The position numbers and the translations under genes are program-made. Under the pieces are notes generated by a model that saw only the letters and a program-made list of their open reading frames with translations, was not told the origin of the DNA and searched no databases. Positions 9,656-23,900 of a DNA stretch of 64,000 nucleotides are shown piece by piece; the stretch's first letter is position 1; every line of letters starts with the position of its first letter. The DNA is from Eledone cirrhosa (lineage: Eukaryota), in the NCBI GenBank assembly GCA_964016885.1, contig OZ024740.1:9052001-9116000 (forward strand). The letters are read 5' to 3'.

Positions 9656-12600
9656 TCAGTCTCTATTGGTATATCAGTTTCGATTGGTATTTCAGTTTCG
9701 ATTGGTATATCAGTTTCTATTGGTATATCAGTTTCGATTGGTATGTCAGTTTCGACTAGTATATCAGTTTCTATTGGTATGTCAGTTTCTATTTGTATAT
9801 CAGTTTCGATTGGTATATCAGTTTCGATTTGTATGTCTATTTCGATTGGTATGTCAGTTTCGATTGGTATATCAGATTCAATTGGTATATCAGTTTCGAT
9901 GAGTATATCAGTTTCTATTGGTATGTCAGTCTCTATTGGTATATCAGTTTCAATTGGTATGTCAGTTTCGATTGGTATATCAGTTTCGATTGGTATGTCA
10001 GTTTCGATTGGTATGTCAGTTTCAATTAGTATATCATCTTTCTATTGGTATGTCAGTTTCTATTGGTATGTCAGTTTCTATTGCTATATCAGTTTCGATT
10101 GGTATATCAGTTTCGATTGGTATGTCAATTTCTATTGGTATGTCAACTTCTATTGTTATGTCAGTTTCGATTGTCATATCAGTTACTATTGGTATGTCAG
10201 TTTCTATTGGTATGTCAGTTTCTATTGGTATGTCTGTTTCGATTATTATATCAGTTTCTATTGGTATGTCAGTCTCTGTTGGTATATCAGTTTCGATTGG
10301 TATGTCAGTTTTTCGATTGCTATGTCAGTTTCGATTGGTATGTCAGTTTCGATTGGTATATCAGTTTCGAATCGTATTTCAATCTCGATTGGTATGTCAG
10401 TTTCGATTGGTATATCAGTTTCAATTGGTATATCAGTTTCAATTGGTATGCTAGTTTCTATTAGTATATCAGCTTCTATTGGTATGTCAGTTTCGATTGG
10501 TATGTTAGTCCTCGATTTCTATGTCAGTTTCGATTGGTACGTCAGTTTCAATTAGTATATCAGTTTCAATTGGTATATCAGTTTCTATTGGTATATCAGT
10601 TTCAATTGGCATATCAGTTTCGATTGGTATATCAGTTTCGATTGGTATATCAGTTTCGATTGGTATGTCTGTTTCTATGGGTATATCAGTTGCGATTGGT
10701 ATGTCAATTTCTATTGGTATGTCAGTTTTGATTATTATATCAGTTACTATTGGTATGTCAGTCTCTATTGGTATATCAGTTTCGATTGGTATTTCAGTTT
10801 CGATTGGTATATCAGTTTCGATTGTTATGTCAGTTTCGATTGGTATATCAGTTTCTATTGTTATATCAGTTTCGATTGGTATGTCAGTTTCGATTGGTGT
10901 GTCAGTTTCTATTGGTATGTCAGTTTCTATTAGTATATCAGTTTCTATTGGTAGGTCAATCTATATTGGTATATCAGTTTCGAATGGTATGTCAGTTTCG
11001 ATTGGTATATCAGTTTCTATTGGTATGTTAGTTTCTATTGGTATGTCAGTTTCGATTAGTATATCAGTTTCTATTGGTGTGTCAGTTTCGATTGGTATGT
11101 TAGTCCTCGATTTGTATGTCAGTTTCTATTGGTATATCAGTTTCGATTGGTATGTCAGTTTCGACTAGTATATCAGTTTCTATTGGTATGTCAGTTTCTA
11201 TTGGTATATCAGTTTCGATTGGTATATCAGTTTCGATTTGTATGTCTATTTCGATTGGTATGTCAGTTTCGATTGGTATATCAGATTCGATTGGTATATC
11301 AGTTTCGATGAGTATATCAGTTTCTATTGGTATGTCAGTCTCCATTGGTATATCAGTTTCGATTGGTATGTCAGTTTCGATTGGTATATCAGTTTCGATT
11401 GATATGTCAGTTTCGATTGGTATATCAGTTTCGAATGGTATTTCAATCTCGATAGGTATGTCAGTTTCGATTGATTTGTCAGTTTCAATTATTATATCAT
11501 CTTTCTATTGGTATGTCAGTTTCTATTGGTATGTCAGTTTCGATCATTATATCAGTTTCGATTGGTATGTCAGTTTCTATTGCTATATCAGTTTCGATTG
11601 GTATATCAGTTTCGATTGGTATGTCAATTTCTATTGGTATGTCAACTTCTATTGTTATGTCAGTTTCGAATGTCATATCAGTTACTATTGGTATGTCAGT
11701 TTCTATTGGTATGTCAGTTTCTATTGGTATGTCTGTTTCAATTATTATATCAGTTTCTATTGGTATGTCAGTTTCGATTCGTATATCAGTTTCTATTGGT
11801 ATGTCAGTCTCTGTTGGTATATCAGTTTCGATTGGTATGTCAGTTTTTCGATTGCTATGTCAGTTTCGATTGGTATGTCAGTTTCTATTGGTATGTCAGT
11901 TTCGATTGGTATATGAGATTCAATTGGTATATTAGTTTCAATTGGTATGCTAGTTTCTATTAGTATATCAGCTTCTGTTGGTATGTCAGTTTCGATTGGT
12001 ATGTTAGTCCTCGATTTCTATGTCAGTTTCGATTGGTATGTCAGTTTCAATTAGTATATCAGTTTCTATTGGTATGTCGGTTTCTATTGGTATATCAGTT
12101 TCAATTGGCATATCAGTTTCGATTGGTATATCAGTTTCGATTGGTATATCAGTTTCGATTTGTATGTAAGTTTCTATGGGTATATCAGTTGCGATTGGTA
12201 TGTCAATTTCTATTGGTATGTCAGTTTTGATTATTATATCAGTTACTATTGGTATGTCAGTCTCTATTGGTATATCAGTTTCGATTGTTATGTCAGTTTC
12301 GATTGGTATATCAGTTTCTATTGGTATATCAGTTTCGATTGGTATGTTAGTTTCGATTGGTATGTCAGTTTCTATTGGTATGTCAGTTTCTATTAGTATA
12401 TCAGTTTCTATTGGTAGGTCAGTCTCTATTGGTATATCAGTTTCGAATGGTATGTCAGTTTCGATTGGTATATCAGTTTCTATTGGTATGTTAGTTTCTA
12501 TTGGTATGTCAGTCTCTGTTGGTATATCAGTTTCGATTGGTATGTCAGTTTTTCGATTGCTATGTCAGTTTCGATTGGTATGTCAGTTTCTATTGGTATG

Positions 12601-15600
12601 TCAGTTTCGATTGGTATATCAGATTCAATTGGTATATTAGTTTCAATTGGTATGCTAGTTTCTATTAGTATGTCAGCTTCTATTGGTATGTCAGTTTCGA
12701 TTGGTATGTTAGTCCTCGATTTCTATGTCAGTTTCGATTGGTATGTCAGTTTCAATTAGTATATCAGTTTCTATTGGTATGTCAGTTTCTATTGGTATAT
12801 CAGTTTCAATTGGCATATCAGTTTCGATTGGTATATCAGTTTCGATTGGTATATCAGTTTCGATTTGTATGTAAGTTTCTATGGGTATATCAGTTGCGAT
12901 TGGTATGTCAATTTCTATTGGTATGTCAGTTTTGATTATTATATCAGTTACTATTGGTATGTCAGTCTCTATTGGTATATCAGTTTCGATTGTTATGTCA
13001 ATTTCGATTGGTATATCAGTTTCTATTGGTATATCAGTTTCGATTGGTATGTTAGTTTCGATTGGTATGTCATTTTCTATTGGTATGTCAGTTTCTATTA
13101 GTATATCAGTTTCTATTGGTAGGTCAGTCTCTATTGGTATATCAGTTTCGAATGGTATGTCAGTTTCGATTGGTATATCAGTTTCTATTGGTATGTTAGT
13201 TTCTATTGGTATGTCAGTTTCGATTAGTATATCAGTTTCTATTGGTATGTCAGTTTCGATTGGTATGTTAGTCCTCGATTTGTATGTCAGTTTCTATTGG
13301 TATGTGGGTTTCTATTGGTATATCAGTTTCGATTGGTATGTCAATTTCGATTGGTATGTCAGTTTCGATTGGTATATCAGATTCGATTGGTATATCTGTT
13401 TCGATGAGTATATCAGTTTCTATTGGTATGTCAGTCTCTATTGGTATATCAGTTTCGATTGGTATGTCAGTTTCGATTGGTATATCAGTTTTGATTGGTA
13501 TGTCAGTTTCGATTGGTATATCAGTTTCGAATGGTATTTCAATCTCGATTGGTATGTCAGTTTCGAATGGTATGTCAGTTTCAATTAGTATATCATCTTT
13601 CTATTGGTATGTCAGTTTCTATTGGTATGTCTGTTTCGATCATTATATCAGTTTCGATTGGTATGTCAGTTTCTATTGCTATATCAGTTTCGATTGGTAT
13701 ATCAGTTTCGATTGGTATGTCAATTTCTATTGGTATGTCAACTTCTATTGTTATGTCAGTTTCGATTATCATACCAGTTACTATTGGTATGTCAGTTTCT
13801 ATTGGTATGTCAGTTTCTATTGGTACGTCTATTTCGATTATTATATCAGTTTCTATTGGTATGTCAGTTTCGATTAGTATATCAGTTTCTATTGGTATGT
13901 CAGTCTCTGTTGGTATATCAGTTTCGATTGGTATGACAGTTTTTCGATTGCTATGTCAGTTACGATTGGTATGTCAGTTTCGATTGGTATATCAGTTTCG
14001 AATGGTATTTCAATCTCGAGAGGTATGTCAGTTTCGATTGGTTTGTCAGTTTCAATTAGTATATCATCTTTCTATTGGTATGTCAGTTTCTATTGGTATG
14101 TCAGTTTCGATCATTATATCAGTTTCGATTGGTATGTCAGTTTCTATTGCTATATCAGTTTCGATTGGTATATCAGTTTCGATTGGTATGTCAATTTCTA
14201 TTGGTATGCCAACTTCTATTGTTATGTCAGTTTGGAATGTCATATCAGTTACTATTGGTATGTCAGTTTCTATTGGTATGTCTGTTTCAATTATTATATC
14301 AGTTTCTATTGGTATGTCAGTTTCGATTCGTATATCAGTTTCTATTGGTATGTCAGTCTCTGTTGGTATATCAGTTTCGATTGGTATGTCAGTTTTTCGA
14401 TTGCTATGTCAGTTTCGATTGGTATGTCAGTTTCGATTGGTATATCAGTTTCGAATGGTATTTCAATCTCGATTGGTATGTCAGTTTCGATTGGTATATC
14501 AGATTCAATTGTTATATTAGTTTCAATTGGTATGCTAGTTTCTATTAGTATATCAGCTTCTATTGGTATGTCAGTTTCGATTGGTATGTTAGTCCTCGAT
14601 TTCTATGTCAGTTTCGATTGGTATGTCAGTTTCAATTAGTATATCAGTTTCTATTGGTATGTCAGTTTCTATTGGTATATCAGTTTCAATTGGCATATCA
14701 GTTTCGATTGGTATATCAGTTTCGATTGGTATATCAGTTTCGATTTGTATGTAAGTTTCTATGGGTATATCAGTTGCGATTGGTATGTCAATTTCTATTG
14801 GTATGTCAGTTTTGATTATTATATCAGTTACTATTGGTATGTCAGTCTCTATTGGTATATCAGTTTCGATTGTTATGTCAGTTTCGATTGGTATATCAGT
14901 TTCTATTGGTATATCAGTTTCTATTGGTATGTCAGTTTCTATTGGTATGTCAGTTTCTATTGGTATGTCTGTTTCGATCATTATATCAGTTTCGATTGGT
15001 ATGTCAGTTTCTATTGCTATATCAGTTTCGATTGGTATATCAGTTTCGATTGGTATGTCAATTTCTATTGGTATGTCAACTTCTATTGTTATGTCAGTTT
15101 CGATTATCATACCAGTTACTATTGGTATGTCAGTTTCTATTGGTATGTCAGTTTCTATTTCGTATGTCGGTTTCGATTATTATATCAGTTTCTATTGGTA
15201 TGTCAGTTTTGATTAGTATATCAGTTTCTATTGGTATGTCAGTCTCTGTTGGTATATCAGTTTCGATTGGTATGTCAGTTTTTCGATTGCTATGTCAGTT
15301 ACGATTGGTATGTCAGTTTCGATTGGTATATCAGTTTCAAATGGTATTTCAATCTCGATTGGTATGTCAGTTTCGATTGGTATATCAGTTTCAATTGGTA
15401 TATCAGTTTCAATTGGTATGCTAGTTTCTATTAGTATATCAGCTTCTATTGGTATGTTAGTTTCGATTGGTATGTTAGTCCTCGATTGTTATGTCAGTTT
15501 CGATTGGTATGTCAATTTTGAATGGTATGTCAGTTTCGATTGGTATATCAGTTTCGATTAGTATGTCAGTTTTTATTGGTATATCATTTTCGATTGGTAT

Positions 15601-16793
15601 ATCAGTTTCTATTGGTATGTTTATTGGTATATCAGTTTCGATTGGTATGTCAGTTTCGACTAGTATATCAGTTTCTATTGGTATGTCAGTTTCCATTGGT
15701 ATATCAGTTTTGATTGGTATATCAGTTTCGATTGGTATGTCAATTTCGATTGGTATGTCAGTTTCGATTAGTATATCAGTTTCGAATGGTATTTCAATCT
15801 CGATTGGTATGTCAGTTTCAATTGGTATATCAGTTTCTATAAGTATGTCATTGGTATATCAATCTCGATTGGTATGTCAGTTTCAATTGGTATGTCAGTT
15901 TCGATTGGTATGTAAGTTTCTATTGGTATATCAGTTGTGATTGGTATGTCAGTTTCTATTGATATATCAGTTTCTATTGGTATGTCCGTTTCGATTGGTA
16001 TGTCAGTTTCTATAGGTATATCAGTTTCGATTGGTATGTTAGGTTCTATTGGTATGTCAGTTTCGATTAGTATATCAGTTTCGATTGGTATGTTAGTCCT
16101 CGAGTTGTATGTCAGTTTCTATTGCTATATCAGTTTCGATTGGTATGTCAGTTTCGATTAGTATATCAGTTTCGATTGGTATATCAGTTTCGATTGGTAT
16201 GTCAGTTTCAATTAGTATATCAGCTTCTATTGGTATGTCAGTTTCTATCGGTATATCAGTTTCGATTGGTATATCAGATTCGACTGGTATATCACTTTCT
16301 ATTGCTATATCAGTTTCTATTGGTATGTCAGTTTCAATTGGTATGTCAGTTTCCATTGGTATATCAGTTTTGATTGGTATGTCAGTTTCTATTGGTATGT
16401 CAGTCTCTATTGGTATATCAGTTTCGATTGGTATGTCAGTTTCGATTGTTATGTCAGTTTCGATTGGTATATCAGTTTCTATTGGTATATCAGTTTCGAT
16501 TGGTATGTCAGTTTCGATTGGTATGTCAGTTTCTATTGGTATGTCAGTTTCTAGTAGTATATCAGTTTCTTTTGGTAGGTCAGTTTCTATTGGTATATCA
16601 GTTTCGATTGGTATATCAGATTCGACTGGTATATCACTTTCTATTGCTATATCAGTTTCTATTGGTATGTCAGTTTCAATTGGTATGTTGGTTTCTATTA
16701 GTATATCAGTTTCTATTGGTATGTCAGTCTCTATTGGTATATCAGTTTCGATTGGTATATCAGTTTTGATAGGTATATCAGTTTCTATTGGTA

Positions 16794-17190
16794 AATAACT
16801 ACACCTCTCAAATACAATGACACACGACCGTGACTTCTGGCGTCACGCAGTAATACAGGGTATCCGACCTCCCATGGGTACATGCTGAAGCATATAAACC
16901 ATATGCCCCCACTCCCTGCACCGCAAGGTGGTCGTGGAGGTGCCACGGCAAAAAAGCACCCAGCCCACACTGTAAAGTGGACGTGTAGGCGCCACGAAAA
17001 AGCACCCAGCACTCACTGTAAATGAGGTTGGTGTTAGGAAGGGCATCCAGCTGTAGAAACCAAGCCAGATCAGTTCCTGTATGAGCAAGGCATGGTCAGC
17101 CGACCAGACACTGCACACAACAGGACAACCTGTCTAACCCATGCTAGCGTGGAAGAACGGACGTAAAACGGTGATGATGATGATGATGAT
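16794..17190 (+). mobile_element. RTE LINE family A 3' fragment (~395 bp) with (GAT)n tail
   Basis: aactacacctctcaaa...ggacgtaaaacggtgatgat matches the family A 3' end. The tail joins AT|ATCAG. Confidence 0.93.
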
Positions 17191-20100
17191 ATCAGTTTCG
17201 ATTGGTATGTCAGTTTCTATTGGTGTGACAGTTTCGATTGGTATGTCAGTTTCGATTGGTATGTCAGTTTCTATTGGTATGTCAGTTTCGATGAGTATAT
17301 CAGTTTCTATTGGTATGTCAGTTTCGATTTGTATATCAGTTTCGATTGGTATGTCAGTGTCAATTGCTACATCAGTTTCGATTGGTGTGACAGTTTCGAT
17401 TAGTATATCAGTTTCTATTGGTATGTCAATTTCGATTGGTATGTCAGTTTCGATTGGTATATCAGTTTCGAATGTTATTGCAATCTCGATTGGTATGTCA
17501 ATTTCGATTGGTATATCAGTTTTGATTAGTATATCAGTCTCTATTGGTATATCAGTTTCGATTGGTATGTCAGTTTCTATTGGTACGTCTATTTCGATTA
17601 TTATATCAGTTTCTATTGGTATGTCAGTTTCGATTAGTATATCAGTTTCTATTGGTATGTCAGTCTCTGTTGGTATATCAGTTTCGATTGGTATGACAGT
17701 TTTTCGATTGCTATGTCAGTTACGATTGGTATGTCAGTTTCGATTGGTATATCAGTTTCGAATGGTATTTCAATCTCGAGAGGTATGTCAGTTTCGATTG
17801 GTTTGTCAGTTTCAATTAGTATATCATCTTTCTATTGGTATGTCAGTTTCTATTGGTATGTCAGTTTCGATCATTATATCAGTTTCGATTGGTATGTCAG
17901 TTTCTATTGCTATATCAGTTTCGATTGGTATATCAGTTTCGATTGGTATGTCAATTTCTATTGGTATGCCAACTTCTATTGTTATGTCAGTTTGGAATGT
18001 CATATCAGTTACTATTGGTATGTCAGTTTCTATTGGTATGTCTGTTTCAATTATTATATCAGTTTCTATTGGTATGTCAGTTTCGATTCGTATATCAGTT
18101 TCTATTGGTATGTCAGTCTCTGTTGGTATATCAGTTTCGATTGGTATGTCAGTTTTTCGATTGCTATGTCAGTTTCGATTGGTATGTCAGTTTCGATTGG
18201 TATATCAGTTTCGAATGGTATTTCAATCTCGATTGGTATGTCAGTTTCGATTGGTATATCAGATTCAATTGTTATATTAGTTTCAATTGGTATGCTAGTT
18301 TCTATTAGTATATCAGCTTCTATTGGTATGTCAGTTTCGATTGGTATGTTAGTCCTCGATTTCTATGTCAGTTTCGATTGGTATGTCAGTTTCAATTAGT
18401 ATATCAGTTTCTATTGGTATGTCAGTTTCTATTGGTATATCAGTTTCAATTGGCATATCAGTTTCGATTGGTATATCAGTTTCGATTGGTATATCAGTTT
18501 CGATTTGTATGTAAGTTTCTATGGGTATATCAGTTGCGATTGGTATGTCAATTTCTATTGGTATGTCAGTTTTGATTATTATATCAGTTACTATTGGTAT
18601 GTCAGTCTCTATTGGTATATCAGTTTCGATTGTTATGTCAGTTTCGATTGGTATATCAGTTTCTATTGGTATATCAGTTTCTATTGGTATGTCAGTTTCT
18701 ATTGGTATGTCAGTTTCTATTGGTATGTCTGTTTCGATCATTATATCAGTTTCGATTGGTATGTCAGTTTCTATTGCTATATCAGTTTCGATTGGTATAT
18801 CAGTTTCGATTGGTATGTCAATTTCTATTGGTATGTCAACTTCTATTGTTATGTCAGTTTCGATTATCATACCAGTTACTATTGGTATGTCAGTTTCTAT
18901 TGGTATGTCAGTTTCTATTTCGTATGTCGGTTTCGATTATTATATCAGTTTCTATTGGTATGTCAGTTTTGATTAGTATATCAGTTTCTATTGGTATGTC
19001 AGTCTCTGTTGGTATATCAGTTTCGATTGGTATGTCAGTTTTTCGATTGCTATGTCAGTTACGATTGGTATGTCAGTTTCGATTGGTATATCAGTTTCAA
19101 ATGGTATTTCAATCTCGATTGGTATGTCAGTTTCGATTGGTATATCAGTTTCAATTGGTATATCAGTTTCAATTGGTATGCTAGTTTCTATTAGTATATC
19201 AGCTTCTATTGGTATGTTAGTTTCGATTGGTATGTTAGTCCTCGATTGTTATGTCAGTTTCGATTGGTATGTCAATTTTGAATGGTATGTCAGTTTCGAT
19301 TGGTATATCAGTTTCGATTAGTATGTCAGTTTTTATTGGTATATCATTTTCGATTGGTATATCAGTTTCTATTGGTATGTTTATTGGTATATCAGTTTCG
19401 ATTGGTATGTCAGTTTCGACTAGTATATCAGTTTCTATTGGTATGTCAGTTTCCATTGGTATATCAGTTTTGATTGGTATATCAGTTTCGATTGGTATGT
19501 CAATTTCGATTGGTATGTCAGTTTCGATTAGTATATCAGTTTCGAATGGTATTTCAATCTCGATTGGTATGTCAGTTTCAATTGGTATATCAGTTTCTAT
19601 AAGTATGTCATTGGTATATCAATCTCGATTGGTATGTCAGTTTCAATTGGTATGTCAGTTTCGATTGGTATGTAAGTTTCTATTGGTATATCAGTTGTGA
19701 TTGGTATGTCAGTTTCTATTGATATATCAGTTTCTATTGGTATGTCCGTTTCGATTGGTATGTCAGTTTCTATAGGTATATCAGTTTCGATTGGTATGTT
19801 AGGTTCTATTGGTATGTCAGTTTCGATTAGTATATCAGTTTCGATTGGTATGTTAGTCCTCGAGTTGTATGTCAGTTTCTATTGCTATATCAGTTTCGAT
19901 TGGTATGTCAGTTTCGATTAGTATATCAGTTTCGATTGGTATATCAGTTTCGATTGGTATGTCAGTTTCAATTAGTATATCAGCTTCTATTGGTATGTCA
20001 GTTTCTATCGGTATATCAGTTTCGATTGGTATATCAGATTCGACTGGTATATCACTTTCTATTGCTATATCAGTTTCTATTGGTATGTCAGTTTCAATTG

Positions 20101-20553
20101 GTATGTCAGTTTCCATTGGTATATCAGTTTTGATTGGTATGTCAGTTTCTATTGGTATGTCAGTCTCTATTGGTATATCAGTTTCGATTGGTATGTCAGT
20201 TTCGATTGTTATGTCAGTTTCGATTGGTATATCAGTTTCTATTGGTATATCAGTTTCGATTGGTATGTCAGTTTCGATTGGTATGTCAGTTTCTATTGGT
20301 ATGTCAGTTTCTAGTAGTATATCAGTTTCTTTTGGTAGGTCAGTTTCTATTGGTATATCAGTTTCGATTGGTATATCAGATTCGACTGGTATATCACTTT
20401 CTATTGCTATATCAGTTTCTATTGGTATGTCAGTTTCAATTGGTATGTTGGTTTCTATTAGTATATCAGTTTCTATTGGTATGTCAGTCTCTATTGGTAT
20501 ATCAGTTTCGATTGGTATATCAGTTTTGATAGGTATATCAGTTTCTATTGGTA

Positions 20554-20950
20554 AATAACTACACCTCTCAAATACAATGACACACGACCGTGACTTCTGG
20601 CGTCACGCAGTAATACAGGGTATCCGACCTCCCATGGGTACATGCTGAAGCATATAAACCATATGCCCCCACTCCCTGCACCGCAAGGTGGTCGTGGAGG
20701 TGCCACGGCAAAAAAGCACCCAGCCCACACTGTAAAGTGGACGTGTAGGCGCCACGAAAAAGCACCCAGCACTCACTGTAAATGAGGTTGGTGTTAGGAA
20801 GGGCATCCAGCTGTAGAAACCAAGCCAGATCAGTTCCTGTATGAGCAAGGCATGGTCAGCCGACCAGACACTGCACACAACAGGACAACCTGTCTAACCC
20901 ATGCTAGCGTGGAAGAACGGACGTAAAACGGTGATGATGATGATGATGAT
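20554..20950 (+). mobile_element. Duplicate of the 16794-17190 family A fragment (segmental copy, not a new insertion)
   Basis: Same sequence and flanks at +3760. Confidence 0.93.
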
Positions 20951-23900
20951 ATCAGTTTCGATTGGTATGTCAGTTTCTATTGGTGTGACAGTTTCGATTG
21001 GTATGTCAGTTTCGATTGGTATGTCAGTTTCTATTGGTATGTCAGTTTCGATGAGTATATCAGTTTCTATTGGTATGTCAGTTTCGATTTGTATATCAGT
21101 TTCGATTGGTATGTCAGTGTCAATTGCTACATCAGTTTCGATTGGTGTGACAGTTTCGATTAGTATATCAGTTTCTATTGGTATGTCAATTTCGATTGGT
21201 ATGTCAGTTTCGATTGGTATATCAGTTTCGAATGTTATTGCAATCTCGATTGGTATGTCAATTTCGATTGGTATATCAGTTTTGATTAGTATATCAGTCT
21301 CTATTGGTATATCAGTTTCGATTGGTATATCAGTTTCTATTGGTATGTCAGTTTCTATTAGTATATCAGTTTTGATTGGTATATCAGTTTCGATTAGTAT
21401 ATCAGTTTCGATTGGTATGTCAGTTTCGATTAGTATATCAGTTTGTATTGGTATGTCAGTTTCTATTGGTATATCAGTTTCGATTGGTATATCAGTTTCG
21501 ATTGGTATGTCAATTTCGATTGGTTTGTCAGTTTTGATTGGTATATCAGATTTGACTGGTATATTACTTTGTATTGCTATATCAATTTCTATTGGTATGT
21601 CAGTTTCAATTGGTATGTCAGTTTCTATTGGTATATCAGTTTTGATTGATATGTCAGTTTTTATTGGTATGTCAGTTTCTATTAGTATATCAGTTTCTAT
21701 TGATATGTCAGTCTCTATTGGTATATCAGTTTCGATTGGTATGTCAGTTTCGATTGGTATATCAGTTTCGATTGGTACGTCAGTTTCGATTTGTATGTCA
21801 GTTTCTATTGGTATATCAGTTTCGATTGGTATGTCAGTTTCGAGTAGTATATCAGTTTCTATTGGTATATCTGTTTCGATTGGTATGTCAGTTTCTATTG
21901 GTATGTTTGTTTCGATTAGTATATCAGTTTCTATTGGTATGTCAGTCTCTATTGGTATATCAGTTTCGATTGGTATATCAGTTTCTATTGGTATATCAGT
22001 TTCGATTGGTATGTCAGTTTCGATTGCTATGTCAGTTTCGATTGGTATGTCAGTTTTGATTGGTATATCAGTTTCGAATGGTATTTCAATCTCGCTTGGT
22101 ATGTCAGCTTCGATTGGTATATCAGTTTCGATTGGTATATCAGTTTCGATTGGTATGTTAGTTTCTATTGGTATGTCAGTTTCGATTAGTATATCAGTTT
22201 CTATTGGTATGTCAGTTTCGATTGGTATGTTAATCCTCTATTTGTATGTCAGTTTCTATTGGTATGTCAGTTTCAATTGGTATGTCACTTTTAATTGGTA
22301 TGTCAGTTTCTATTGGTATATCAGTTTTGATTGGTATGTCAGTTTCTATTGGTATATCAGTTTCAATTGGTATGTTAGTTTCTATTGGTATATCAGTTTC
22401 GATTGGTATATCAGTTTCTATTGGTATATCAGTTTCGATTGGTATGTCAGTTTCGATTGGTATATCAGTTTCGAGTGGTATGTCAGTTTCGATTGGTATG
22501 TCAGTTTCGATTGCTATGTCAGTTTCTATTGGTATGTCAGTTTCTATTGTTAGATCAGTTTTGAATGGTATTTCAATCTCGATTGGTATGTTAGTTTCTA
22601 TTGGAACGTCAGTTTCGATTAGTATATCAGCTTCTATTGGTATGTCAGTTCCGATTGGTATGTTAGTCCTCGATTTGTATGTCTGTTTCTATTGGTATAT
22701 CAGTTTCGATTGGTATGTCAGTTTCAATTAGGATATCAGTTTCTATTTGTATATCAGTTTCGATTGGCATATCAGTTTCTATTGGTATATCAGTTTTGAC
22801 TGGTATGTCAATTTCTATTGTTATATCAGTTGTGATTGGTATGTCAGTTTCTATTCGTATGTCAGTTTCTATTGGTATGTCAGTTTCAATTGGTATGTCA
22901 GTTTCGATTGTTATGTCAGTCTCTATTGGTATATCAGTTTCGATTGGTATGTCAGTTTCGATTAGTATATCAGTTCCTATAGGTGTCAGTTTCTATTGGT
23001 ATATCAGTTTCGATTGGTATGTCAGTTTCGATTAGTATATCAGTTTCTATTGGTACGTCATTTTCTATTTGTATATCAGTTTCGATTGGTATATCAGTTT
23101 CGATTGGTATGTCAGTTAATATTGGTATGTCAGTTTCGATTGGTATATCAGTTTCGATTGGTATGTCAGTTTCTATTGGTATGTCAGTTTCTATTAGTAT
23201 ATTAGTTGCTATTGGTATGTCAGTCTCTATTGGTATATCAGTTTCGATTGGTATGTAAGTTTCTATTGGTATATCAGTTTCGATTGATATGTCAGTTTCG
23301 ATTTTTATATCAGTTTCTATTGGTATGTCAGTTTCGATTGGTATATCAGTTTCGATTGGTATATCAGTTTCGATTTGTATGTCAATTTCGATTGGTATGA
23401 CAGTTTCGATTGGTATATCAGTTTCTATTGGTATATCAGTTTCAATTGGTATGTTAGTTTCTATTGGTATGTCAGTTTCGATTAGTATATCAGCTTCTAT
23501 TGGTATGTCTGTTTTATAGGTATGTTAGTCCTCGATTTGTATGTCAGTTTCTATTGGTATATCAGTTTCGATTGATATGTCAGTTTCAATTAGTACATCA
23601 GTTTCTATTGGTATATCACTTTCTATTGCTATATCAGTTTCTATTGGTATGTCAGTTTCGATTGGTATGTCAGTTTCTATTGGTGTGACAGTTTCGATTG
23701 GTATGTCAGTTTCGATTGGTATGTCAGTTTCTATTGGTATGTCAGTTTCAATGAGTATATCAGTTTCTATTGGTATGTCAGTTTCGATTTGTATATCAGT
23801 TTCGATTGGTATGTCAGTGTCAATTGCTACATCAGTTTCGATTGGTGTGACAGTTTCGATTAGTATATCAGTTTCTATTGGTATGTCAGTTTCTATTGGT

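Larger units (their letters stand above)
13801..21328 (+). repeat. Apparently perfect 3,760-bp tandem duplication (13801-17560 / 17561-21320) of satellite plus a family A fragment
   Basis: Diagnostic variants sit at an exact 3760 offset (tggtacgtctatttcg at 13821/17581). ORF pairs 13953/17713 and 16109/19869. Confidence 0.92.

Noticed and set aside
9632-9660. Poly-Met, poly-Asp or poly-His ORF segments at element ends
   Set aside because: They are translations of the (GAT)n tail.
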